From Candidatus Thorarchaeota archaeon (lineage in GTDB: Archaea; Asgardarchaeota; Heimdallarchaeia; Hodarchaeales; Hodarchaeaceae), in assembly GCA_048882505.1 (NCBI GenBank), contig JBHLRO010000007.1, positions 117,826 to 149,825 on the forward strand: DNA of 32,000 nucleotides, in the 5' to 3' direction. Position 1 is the stretch's first letter. Every line of letters begins with the position of its first letter. A program made the translations under genes and the position numbers. Of the stretch, positions 1-8,777 are shown piece after piece. The notes under the pieces were generated by a model. That model ran no database searches. It was not told where the DNA came from and worked only from the letters and a program-made list of their open reading frames with translations.

Positions 1-51
1 CGCTTGGAGCAATTTCCCTTGAATAAGTCCCAACTGTTCTTTTATATCCAT
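1..51 (-). CDS. Probable 5' end of a gene running off the left edge (MDIKEQLGLIQGKLLQA...)
   Basis: ATG at 51 on the minus strand, open to the window edge, divergent from the radical SAM gene. Only 17 codons are visible. Confidence 0.3.
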   Translation of the reverse strand, partial: MDIKEQLGLIQGKLLQA

Positions 52-240
52 GGTTTTTAATGGAAGAAATCATTTTTCGAAGAAATATCTTCTAAATACT
101 TTCAAAAGAAATCAAAGGATGCGAAGTACAATCGCTTTCGCTTGGTTCTTCTCTTTTATTAGAGACTTTGCTCGTCAAAAACAATGGAACTGAATGATGC
201 CGTCTTTGAAAGTCTTTATTGCTATGTGGTGTTCATAAAG

Positions 241-1701
241 ATGCGTATACTCCTTGTTGTTCCTCCTGGTTTGGATGGGAATTATATTACCAAGTATCAC
301 GCTTCTTCTTTTCTGAATTTCACTGCACCCCCTTTGGGGCTGGCCTACATTGCCGCCGTGTTAGAAAAAAACGGTTATGACCCTCAAATATTAGATTGCA
401 AGGCACTAGGATTAACTTTTCAAGAATATAGGCGCTTCGTAAAACGAATAGATCCTGATTTCGTTGGGATACAAGTTTTAACCGTCAATATCTATGATGC
501 ATTACGATCGGCCCAAATCTCAAAGGAAGAAGGAGTCAACTACGTGGCATTTGGAGGATATCACCCAACAAATATGCCCGAAGAATGTCTTGAAATGAGT
601 AATGGTAATGTAGATGTTGTATTTCGTGGTGAAAGCGAATACTCCATTCTTGAATTCGTAAATTGCATTGAAAATGGCAAAAACTGGCACGAAGTCCCCG
701 GAATATCCTATAAAAGTGGGAAAAGCGGAGACACTGAAGTAATAAAACATAATCCCCAACCTCCATTAATCAAAGACATCGATAGTTTGCCTTTCCCAGC
801 CCGACATTTGCTCCCTATGGATCGTTATCGCGTCTTTGGTACGTCCTTTCCAGCTACTACCTTGGTTACTTCACGTGGTTGTCCGTATAAATGCGATTTT
901 TGTGCCGTTACCGCTTTTTATAATGCACGATGGCGACCCAGATCACCTCAAAATATTAGAGAAGAGATGGAACTGATACGTGATGATTTTGATCTAAAAG
1001 CGGTTGCCTTTGTCGATGACCTCTTCTTCATGTCCAGAAAACGGATCAATCGAATTTGTGAGGAGTTTCTTCGAGAAAAATTGGATGTTTACTGGGGAGC
1101 AACCACCAGGCCCGAAAAAAGCGATTTAGAGCATTTGAGTTTGATGAGAAAGGCGGGATGCAGACTTGTGTTTGTTGGAGTGGAGTCAGGCGATCAGACC
1201 ATCCTAGATAACATCACAAAGGACACCACTGTTTCTCAAATTGAAAAATTCTTTGTAAACATTAAAAAATCAAGAATGGATTCGTTAGCATCCGTCTCTT
1301 TTGGTTTTCCAGGGGAGACCCGTGAAACAGTGATAAATACCGTTAATTGGGTTACTGATGTCTTGGACCCTTCCCTTGCGGTCTTTACCGTCGCGACGCC
1401 GTATCCTGGAACGCGATTCTATCATCAAGCTTTAGCAGAAGGCTGGATCAAGGAAAAAGATTACAGTAAATATAACTTATTTACTCCTGTCATGGATACT
1501 ACCGGATTAACCCGCGAAGAACTAAAAGAACTCACCAAATGGGCTTACAAGAAGTTTTATCTTCGCGTAAGCAAAGCTATGCAGAACACAGCTCGTGAAT
1601 TTCGATATTCACTTGAGAGTTATGGTCTTAGAATGTTTTTGAAGAATTCTATTTTCTTTGCAAAAGGCCTTGTGAATATGCGGCAGATCGCTGCCCTGTA
1701 A
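241..1701 (+). CDS. Cobalamin-binding radical SAM protein (class B methyltransferase/BchE-like family)
   Basis: N-terminal B12-binding domain (MRILLVVPP...PPLGLAYIAAVL, GGYHPT), CxxxCxxC motif in SRGCPYKCDFC, FVDDLF, GVESG, PYPGT. The ORF opens at 184, but the family-typical start is ATG 241. Confidence 0.9.
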   Translation: MRILLVVPPGLDGNYITKYHASSFLNFTAPPLGLAYIAAVLEKNGYDPQILDCKALGLTFQEYRRFVKRIDPDFVGIQVLTVNIYDALRSAQISKEEGVNYVAFGGYHPTNMPEECLEMSNGNVDVVFRGESEYSILEFVNCIENGKNWHEVPGISYKSGKSGDTEVIKHNPQPPLIKDIDSLPFPARHLLPMDRYRVFGTSFPATTLVTSRGCPYKCDFCAVTAFYNARWRPRSPQNIREEMELIRDDFDLKAVAFVDDLFFMSRKRINRICEEFLREKLDVYWGATTRPEKSDLEHLSLMRKAGCRLVFVGVESGDQTILDNITKDTTVSQIEKFFVNIKKSRMDSLASVSFGFPGETRETVINTVNWVTDVLDPSLAVFTVATPYPGTRFYHQALAEGWIKEKDYSKYNLFTPVMDTTGLTREELKELTKWAYKKFYLRVSKAMQNTAREFRYSLESYGLRMFLKNSIFFAKGLVNMRQIAAL

Positions 1702-1797
1702 CCCAAATCAGATCCTTTCTAAGGATTTTTGAATCTTACCTGAAACTTTGCATGTTATGGGCAAAAATAGCTTGATTTAAGGGGACTTGATTACCAG

Positions 1798-2268
1798 ATG
1801 AACCGTTTGCTCTGTAATAATATGCTCAATTACCTGATATGGGCGGATCAAAAGGTTTTTGTGTTTATAGATCAACTAAATGAAAAGGCACTCGATTTTA
1901 GATTACAACCAAACGGAATTTCTATCCGAGAAACCTTGATTCATATTGCAGAGGATCATTGGGAATGGTACCAGGACTTACGTAAAAACTATGACAAGAA
2001 TATCCCGAATTTCCGAAAAATGACTCCAAATGCGCTGAGGGATCGTATTTTTAAAAATAATGCGAGATGGCTAGAGATCTTTAACAATCCCTCACAAGAA
2101 TCATGGATAATAACCCGAAACGGGAAGAACAGAACTATGTCGATTGATGAGCTTGTTTTTCACATTTGCAATCATGCTACCTATCATCGTGGCCAATTAG
2201 CGATGAAATTGCGTTTATTGGGTAAAGATATCCCCTATCTCGATTATGTACCTTATAGATTCGAGTGA
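1798..2268 (+). CDS. DinB/YfiT-like four-helix metalloprotein
   Basis: 156 aa; SIRETLIHI and HICNHATYHRGQL His motifs typical of the DinB family. Confidence 0.8.
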   Translation: MNRLLCNNMLNYLIWADQKVFVFIDQLNEKALDFRLQPNGISIRETLIHIAEDHWEWYQDLRKNYDKNIPNFRKMTPNALRDRIFKNNARWLEIFNNPSQESWIITRNGKNRTMSIDELVFHICNHATYHRGQLAMKLRLLGKDIPYLDYVPYRFE

Positions 2269-2389
2269 TCATTATTCTCCTTCTCATAGCAGAAGCTAGG
2301 GACTTCTTCGGAAGAGTCGTGTTTTGATGGATACTTCTGGATGGCAAGCTGATCTTCTGTTATCTGCACTGGAAAAGAAAGAAAACACT

Positions 2390-2665
2390 TAGGAAAGTGA
2401 TCCAAATCGAGAATTCCAATCACCCTCTAGCATGGCGAGAAAGATCAACGAGTCCCATTAACCAGTGCATTGCAATTGTTTGGGCCCTTAAACTGAAGGG
2501 CGTTGAAGTTTTCTGTTTGTTTATCCAGATATGGGGTATGGTTGGTTAAATCCCCGCGAAAACTACGCTATATTGGTTCAAAACTATCGATGGTTTGTAT
2601 ATCGTCTCCTTAGCGAAGAACTCGACTTCTACAAGGATGATGAAAGTATTCCCCTGGAATCCTGA
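2390..2665 (+). pseudogene. Decayed C-terminal remnant of an S9 (prolyl oligopeptidase/acylaminoacyl-peptidase) family peptidase
   Basis: Manual translation finds consecutive S9-like blocks in three frames: HGEKDQRVPLTSALQLF (from 2431), LKLKGVEVF (2487-2513), FLFVYPDMGYGWLNPREN...NYRWF (2510-2665). Stops and frameshifts separate them. Left boundary is approximate. Confidence 0.65.
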
Positions 2666-2716
2666 GGTAATTTATGAGATCGCAAGGTATCGCAATAGAT
2701 TAGGATGTAGCTCATC

Positions 2717-2748
2717 GATAGGATGAAACTGCGATTGATAATCCTATC
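2717..2748. promoter_or_regulatory. Stem-loop: 8-bp stem GATAGGAT/ATCCTATC, loop GAAACTGCGATTGATA, in a convergent intergenic gap
   Basis: Perfect inverted repeat about 15 nt past the stop of the minus-strand FNR gene. Shares loop motifs with 11234-11260. Function unknown. Confidence 0.4.
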
Positions 2749-2762
2749 CCTAGCAACTAGTG

Positions 2763-3569
2763 TTAATCCCACCTTTCTTTCTTTATTCGCTTCTTATTTA
2801 CTCCGATATCACAGATGTGTTTAATCATTCCGGCAACGAAGGCGGGAGTCCCGCATAAGTAAAACATTGACTTATCTATGTCGAAATTTGCTTTATTTAG
2901 TTCATTTCTAATATCTTCTAAACCAAATCTCCCTCGAGAACCAGCCCAAGCTGAATTTTCATCTTCTCTAGTTAAAGTAATCACTAATCTAGCGTCTCTT
3001 GTTCCTTGGACGAGTTTAGGAAGTTCTTCTTCGAAAATGATATCTTTTTGCGTCCTGCAGGAATAGAAAAGCGTAACTTTGTTAGGTAGTTCGTTATCAT
3101 GGATGTATTCCAAAATACACTTTAGAGGAGTAACCCCTGAACCACCACCAAACATGAAAAGCTGTTCGCTTTCTGGATTTCCCGGTTCCCATACAAAATT
3201 GCCATAAGGACCTCGAAACGGTATTTCATCCCCGACTTTGCGATCATTTAACCACTTGCTAACAGTTGGTTCTTCGGTTTGTCGAACCGTTAGATCGAAA
3301 TATCCTCCCTCTTTCATAGCACGTGTTGGAGAAGAACTTATCGAATATGCTCGAGGGATAATTTTGTCATGTTGTTCAATATAGGGACGAACCATGACAA
3401 ATTGTCCCGGATTAAATCTAAAAGGAGCCTGGTCTTCAGTTAGTGAGGGGGTCACAATCCGTATAGTTTGAGTGTCTGGCGTTTCCCTTATCATCTCTGT
3501 CACAATCCCCACAGTATCAACCATATATCTAGGTTTCTTTTTTATTGGTTTTGTTACTGTAGTTGTCAT
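2763..3569 (-). CDS. Stand-alone FAD/NAD(P)-binding oxidoreductase of the ferredoxin-NAD(P) reductase (FNR) superfamily
   Basis: FNPGQFV, RAYSISSSP, GPYGNF, GGSGVTP, YLCGTPAFV motifs; no Fe-S domain; ends ERWD. Confidence 0.9.
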   Translation of the reverse strand: MTTTVTKPIKKKPRYMVDTVGIVTEMIRETPDTQTIRIVTPSLTEDQAPFRFNPGQFVMVRPYIEQHDKIIPRAYSISSSPTRAMKEGGYFDLTVRQTEEPTVSKWLNDRKVGDEIPFRGPYGNFVWEPGNPESEQLFMFGGGSGVTPLKCILEYIHDNELPNKVTLFYSCRTQKDIIFEEELPKLVQGTRDARLVITLTREDENSAWAGSRGRFGLEDIRNELNKANFDIDKSMFYLCGTPAFVAGMIKHICDIGVNKKRIKKERWD

Positions 3570-3602
3570 CTATTCGACGCTTCCCATGAAAAAATCCTAA
3601 GA

Positions 3603-3923
3603 TTACTCTATATCAAGTTTCTCAACGATAGTATCAATGAGGCGCTGTTCATGTGCCGTTATTACTCCATTAGCTTTTGCCTGTTCTATCACTGAATCGA
3701 TCACAGGTCGCAGCAATTGATGCATGACATCATAGAAATCCTTGTCGTCCATCGGCGCCTCAAGAGTCTGCATAACCTGAGGTTCTAACTTTAACTTCCA
3801 TTCTCCCAACTTATCAATTATTGCTTTTTCTTCTGGGGAAATGGTTCCCCAGCTTTTCGCGATCTCAAAACATGAATCTATTGTCAATTCTAAAATTGCA
3901 AGGATCTCAGATTTTTTTCTCAA
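3603..3923 (-). CDS. Small helical hypothetical protein with an internal duplication
   Basis: 106 aa, TTG start preceded by GGTGA; repeats AKSWGTISPEEKAIID and AKANGVITAHEQRLID. Confidence 0.7.
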   Translation of the reverse strand: MRKKSEILAILELTIDSCFEIAKSWGTISPEEKAIIDKLGEWKLKLEPQVMQTLEAPMDDKDFYDVMHQLLRPVIDSVIEQAKANGVITAHEQRLIDTIVEKLDIE

Positions 3924-4083
3924 AGTCTCACCAGCTTAAACTAAATTAATATCCTACGAAGTTATACTTGAGTACGGAGATGTCTCTCTCTATCATTTCG
4001 TTTCTGATTGCGGTTTTAATAACCTTTTATGCGTGGACAGGAGTTGATTTAAAATCATGATTTAGTGAAGTTCGGGATTACCC

Positions 4084-5073
4084 TTGGATATAATTCCTTT
4101 AGCTGCTGAATCACTTGGGACTAGGGCGACATGTATGCTCATCCACACTGAGGATCAGGTTATTCTATTTGATCCGAGTGTTTCCCTTGGTCCAAGACGT
4201 TATGGGCTTGCACCTCATTTAGAAGAACTCAGTTCTGCATTTTTGTCCCGTCAGCTGATACTAAATGCCGTTAAATGTGCTGAGAAAATCATACAAAGCC
4301 ATTATCATGGAGATCATTTTACACTACGGCTTTATCGGCCGTTTGAGTTTACTGACAAATCTGTATTTCAAAAAACATATGCACAACACGATAAGGTCAT
4401 TCTAGCCAAGGATAATGCAGCCCATATTAACTACAATCAGAAAAAAAGGGCTCGTTGGCTTTGGCAACTACCAAAAATTAACATTTATTCCGCAGATAAT
4501 AGAACATTCCAATTTGGAGAGACAAATATTAGATTCTCTCCTCCTTTACCCCATGGCCCAGTTCCTGGAAGCTGGGTAATTTCTACGACCATATCCGATT
4601 CCTCATCAAGTATTTTGATTACCTCTGATGTTAATGGCCCATCAAGCGATAAGGCGTTGGATTTCATCCTTTCTACCGATGTTGACCTGGTAGTACTTGA
4701 TGGTCCCTCCACGTATCATCCAAAGCAGTCTTCTAAACAATCTTTGGAATCCTTTGAGCGAATCCTTAAGATTATTGATTCAGGAAGCTCTCTCATTATA
4801 GATCATCATTTTTTAAGGGATATTAGGTGGAAAACGATTTTAAGGGAACTAAATATTCTAAACAAGATAAGAACCCTGGCTGAGGTGGTGGGTATTGCTC
4901 CCATTTGTTTAGAGAGTCTAAGAAAGGAACTTCATGAAAATTCTCCCCTTCCGATCGGATTTCATGATAAATTCGTGGCTGGTAGTCCTGATATCCTAAA
5001 AGAAATAAAAGCCACTTCGGAGAAACTTCCTCACGCTAAATTATCTCAAATGATTCAAGATTTAAACAATTAA
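4084..5073 (+). CDS. Metallo-beta-lactamase-fold hydrolase, archaeal UPF0282-like
   Basis: MDIIPLAAESLGTRA...FDPSVSLGPRRYGLAPH N-terminus, SHYHGDH metal motif, LPHG, IIDHHFLRD. Confidence 0.8.
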   Translation: MDIIPLAAESLGTRATCMLIHTEDQVILFDPSVSLGPRRYGLAPHLEELSSAFLSRQLILNAVKCAEKIIQSHYHGDHFTLRLYRPFEFTDKSVFQKTYAQHDKVILAKDNAAHINYNQKKRARWLWQLPKINIYSADNRTFQFGETNIRFSPPLPHGPVPGSWVISTTISDSSSSILITSDVNGPSSDKALDFILSTDVDLVVLDGPSTYHPKQSSKQSLESFERILKIIDSGSSLIIDHHFLRDIRWKTILRELNILNKIRTLAEVVGIAPICLESLRKELHENSPLPIGFHDKFVAGSPDILKEIKATSEKLPHAKLSQMIQDLNN

Positions 5074-5149
5074 CCGAAAGGGGTATCTATTACTAAACAA
5101 AATGGAAACCTAGTGGAAAGTTTTCCCTTTAATTAATCTACAGGTCATC

Positions 5150-6064
5150 GTGAACCATATGATCAACGTAGCCAGCATTCAAATCGCTCCAATCTTTCTT
5201 GACGCCCGAGCAACCTGGGAAAAATTAGAACAGTATATTAGAGAGGCAAGTTCCCAAGGCGCAGAACTAGCGACATGGGGGGAAACCTTGATTCCTGGAT
5301 ATCCGCAATGGGTATCGCCCTCTGGTGGTGCAAAATTTAATGACCCCGTACAGAAGAAAGTATATGGCAAATATTGGCAAGAAAGCCTCACACTTCCGAA
5401 TGATCCAATTATATATGAAATGGAACAGGTTGCGGAGGAATTGGGGATAATGATGATGGGAGGAATTGCAGAGAGGGAAGGAGGTTCCATATTTTGTACT
5501 TTACTCGCTATTAGTCCAGAAGGTAAGTTATTGGGAAGACACCGTAAAATAAAGCCTACTTATGAAGAACGATTGGTGTGGGCTGATGGAGATGGCACTG
5601 GGCTCAAGACATACGATTTAAAGACCCTAAAGGTTGGAGGCCTGAACTGTTGGGAGAACTGGTTACCCCTCGCTCGAGCTAGGCTTCACCTGCAAGGGGA
5701 ACTTCTCCATATCGGTATATGGCCAGGGAGTCTGGGGTTGACCGAGGATATATCCCGATTTATGGCCTTAGAAGGCCGGTCATGGGTAGTAGCTTCCTCA
5801 GGACTACTTAGACCTGAAGATTTTTCGCATTTGGACGGTGAAACGGAGTTCCCGATGAAAGACATTATGACTGCCCATTCAAAAAGCTGGCAAGACGGTG
5901 GTTCCCTGATTGTCGATCCCCGGGGTAATGTGGTCGCTGGTCCCCTTATAGACCAGGAAGGAATACTGTATGCAGCTGTTGATCCGATAACAGCCATAGA
6001 AGAAAGAATGAACTTCGATATCTCAGGGCATTACTCGCGATTTGATATTTTCAATAAACCTTAG
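5150..6064 (+). CDS. Carbon-nitrogen hydrolase, nitrilase branch
   Basis: Glu-Lys-Cys triad: WGETLIPGYP, HRKIKPT, LNCWENWLP; C-terminal FDISGHYSRFD. Start is GTG 5150 or ATG 5159. Confidence 0.9.
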   Translation: MNHMINVASIQIAPIFLDARATWEKLEQYIREASSQGAELATWGETLIPGYPQWVSPSGGAKFNDPVQKKVYGKYWQESLTLPNDPIIYEMEQVAEELGIMMMGGIAEREGGSIFCTLLAISPEGKLLGRHRKIKPTYEERLVWADGDGTGLKTYDLKTLKVGGLNCWENWLPLARARLHLQGELLHIGIWPGSLGLTEDISRFMALEGRSWVVASSGLLRPEDFSHLDGETEFPMKDIMTAHSKSWQDGGSLIVDPRGNVVAGPLIDQEGILYAAVDPITAIEERMNFDISGHYSRFDIFNKP

Positions 6065-6212
6065 AATTACCTGATTATGTGGCGAACCACCAAAAGCAAA
6101 GGTTTTCCAACTTCGTGAAGTCAACTATTGTGAGCGTAAGGTTGATTTAGGAACCTAAGGAAGCGGTTCATCAGAATAAAAAATCGTAGCAAGGAAACCC
6201 GGAGCATTAACA

Positions 6213-7259
6213 TTGGGTAATGAAGCACGATACGTCGAACTGGCACATGGGGCTGGGGGATTGAAAATGGATCAACTTCTAGAATTTATCGGTCATCGCA
6301 TTACTTTAAAGGTTACCTCAAAGGGCCCAGGAAATATTGGGGTTGAAGCACTTGATGACGGCGCCGTAGTCTCCCGAAGAGAATTTCAAGATGGTGATAT
6401 AGTCATAAGTACGGATGCCCACACAGTATCTCCTGTTTTCTTTCCAGGTGGAGATATTGGAAAACTTTCCATGTGTGGAACTCTGAATGATGTCTTGATG
6501 ATGGGTGCCATCCCAATTGCAATGACATCAGCTTTGGTATTAGAGGAGGGATTTGAATTCAGCGCATTAGACATTGTTTTAAGGTCAATGGATGAGATAT
6601 CGAAAGCCAACTCTGTTCCAATCATTGCTGGAGACACTAAAGTAGTCCCTCGCGGGATTATAGACCAAATAATGTTCGTTACAACTGGATTGGGTAAACG
6701 CTGCACCAAACACCCGGTGTTGGATGCTAATACTAGACCTGGTGATGCCATAATCCTTACGGGACCGATAGGATCCCATGGAGTTGCTTTAATGTCCTTT
6801 CGAGAAGGGATCGAATTTGAAGCGGACCTAGAATCAGATGTTTCCTCGTTGGTTCCTCTGCTGGCACCATTATTTACCAAATACACCATTCACACAATGA
6901 AGGATCCAACCCGAGGCGGACTTGCAAGTGCTCTCAATGAAATAGCTCACAAATCCCAGGTCGCCATTAATATCTTACAGCCGAGAATCCCTATTGACCC
7001 CGCTGTGAGATCTGCGGCAGAATTGTTGGGATTAGATCCATTAGAAATCACTTCTGAAGGTCGAGCGATAATAGTTGTACCTCCATCCGATGCTGCAGGT
7101 ATGCTAGCAAGTTTACGAAAACATGAACTAGGGAGATATGCTTCAATCATCGGAACCGCCGAAGAAGGGCCTCCGGGTAAAGTCTTTCTAGAAACAGAGA
7201 TCGGCGGACGACGAAGGCTCCAAAAACCAGTGGGAGAACTGATTCCACGAGTATGTTAG
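6213..7259 (+). CDS. hypE: Hydrogenase maturation carbamoyl dehydratase HypE
   Basis: HGAGG, FFPGGDIGKL, GDTKVV, MKDPTRGG, C-terminal PRVC. Confidence 0.97.
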   Translation: MGNEARYVELAHGAGGLKMDQLLEFIGHRITLKVTSKGPGNIGVEALDDGAVVSRREFQDGDIVISTDAHTVSPVFFPGGDIGKLSMCGTLNDVLMMGAIPIAMTSALVLEEGFEFSALDIVLRSMDEISKANSVPIIAGDTKVVPRGIIDQIMFVTTGLGKRCTKHPVLDANTRPGDAIILTGPIGSHGVALMSFREGIEFEADLESDVSSLVPLLAPLFTKYTIHTMKDPTRGGLASALNEIAHKSQVAINILQPRIPIDPAVRSAAELLGLDPLEITSEGRAIIVVPPSDAAGMLASLRKHELGRYASIIGTAEEGPPGKVFLETEIGGRRRLQKPVGELIPRVC

Positions 7260-7281
7260 ATGGATAAGATGGTAATCTCTG

Positions 7282-8412
7282 ATGAATAGGTCATTGAAAG
7301 AGCTAACCTCGATCTTACGAAGTCAGACTTACACAAAAGACGTATTAATGCGAATTCGCCAAGATCTGGACAAGATGGGAATTACCTCAGAGAATCCCGT
7401 AACAATAATGCATGTGTGTGGCACCCATGAAGATACACTGATGAAATATGGAATTCGTGACCTATTGAAAAGAGAATTGGGTGAACGGCTACGAATGGTA
7501 GCTGGCCCCGGATGTCCTGTTTGTGTATCCCCCGTTCAAGATATTGATTTTGCTATAGCTCTTTCAAATGTTCCCAATGTGATGATTACTTCTTACGGGG
7601 ACATGGTACGTGTACCTGGTAGTACCAGAAGTTTAGAACATCAACGTAAAAACGGGCGAGACATAAGGATTGTTTACAGTGTGACTGACGCTGTTAAGTT
7701 ATCATTAAGATATAAAGAGAAAAATATCGTATTTCTTTCACCTGGGTTTGAAACCACCGTTCCAGGCACTGCTGTAGAGGTGATGAATAAACCTCCGTCA
7801 AATTTTTTTGTTCTTTCATCACACCGACTTGTACCACCTGCGTTAAACATATTAGCGGAACTTTCCGACCTGGCCCTGGACGGATTTATTCTGCCGGGCC
7901 ATGTTAGTGTGATTATTGGAGAGAGAGCTTACGAAAGTCTAGTTGACCGATACCAGAAAGCTTCCGCGATATCAGGTTTTGAACCGTTGGATATATTACA
8001 GGGTATATCTGCAGTTATCAAACAGCTGAAAGATGGAATTCCAAAAGTTATCAATACATATGGAAGAGCAGTTACTCATGAGGGGAATATAGTAGCTCAA
8101 AAATATATAAATAAGGTTTTTCAAACTGTAGATGCCATTTGGAGAGGATTGGGAACGTTTTCTGACTCGGGATTAGATTTCCGTCCTGAATTTGCTCATT
8201 TGGACGCCAGAAGTGTCTTTGGAGACCAGGTACAAGTGGAGCCAACGCGAGAAATGCCTCCAGGTTGTTTGTGTCACAAAGTTGTTATCGGAGTAATAAC
8301 CCCTCATGAATGTCCATTGTATTTGACTCATTGCACCCCAGAAATGCCCATAGGCCCCTGCATGGTTGGATTGGAAGGAACTTGTCGTATTAATGCAATC
8401 TACGGGGAATAA
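7282..8412 (+). CDS. hypD: Hydrogenase maturation scaffold HypD
   Basis: CGTH, GPGCPVC, GFETT, PGHVS and C-terminal Cys cluster ending GPCMV..EGTC. Confidence 0.97.
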   Translation: MNRSLKELTSILRSQTYTKDVLMRIRQDLDKMGITSENPVTIMHVCGTHEDTLMKYGIRDLLKRELGERLRMVAGPGCPVCVSPVQDIDFAIALSNVPNVMITSYGDMVRVPGSTRSLEHQRKNGRDIRIVYSVTDAVKLSLRYKEKNIVFLSPGFETTVPGTAVEVMNKPPSNFFVLSSHRLVPPALNILAELSDLALDGFILPGHVSVIIGERAYESLVDRYQKASAISGFEPLDILQGISAVIKQLKDGIPKVINTYGRAVTHEGNIVAQKYINKVFQTVDAIWRGLGTFSDSGLDFRPEFAHLDARSVFGDQVQVEPTREMPPGCLCHKVVIGVITPHECPLYLTHCTPEMPIGPCMVGLEGTCRINAIYGE

Positions 8413-8416
8413 TCAG

Positions 8417-8656
8417 CTAATACCCCAGCTGTGTGCGTTCTTCACCTGTCATTGCTTGCCAAAGCTTGATATTTTCCAAGGCTTCCTTTGGATCTATTTT
8501 TTGAATGGCAAATCCGGCGTGAACTATAACATAATCATCTAGCTGGGCATTTTCGATTAGGGAAACATTAGCTTCGCGTTTTACCCCCAAAAAATCTACC
8601 AATGCGATTCCATTTTCTCTGATCTGCAATATCCTTCCAGGTATTGCCAAACACAA
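8417..8656 (-). CDS. hypC: Hydrogenase chaperone HypC/HupF
   Basis: MCLAIPG N-terminus, YVIVHAGFAI. Confidence 0.95.
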   Translation of the reverse strand: MCLAIPGRILQIRENGIALVDFLGVKREANVSLIENAQLDDYVIVHAGFAIQKIDPKEALENIKLWQAMTGEERTQLGY

Positions 8657-8777
8657 TACGATTACCTTCTTTTAAGCTGAATTAATATCTTTTAATCCCT
8701 ATAGGTCTGACTAAACGGATTTATGAATCCACTTTAAGGATTTTCTTTTTAAGGTCTCATTAAGCTAAACCAATCAA

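Noticed and set aside
184-240. Upstream ATG for the radical SAM gene
   Set aside because: The extra 19 residues precede the family-typical MRILLV start and look like promoter sequence.
2717-2748. SECIS-like reading of the RUGA...GA hairpins (also 11234-11260)
   Set aside because: The region between RUGA and GA is too short for a eukaryote/Loki-type helix II, the inner stem of the methanococcal GAA/A type is missing, and adjacent intact genes have no in-frame UGA. K-turn geometry also does not fit.
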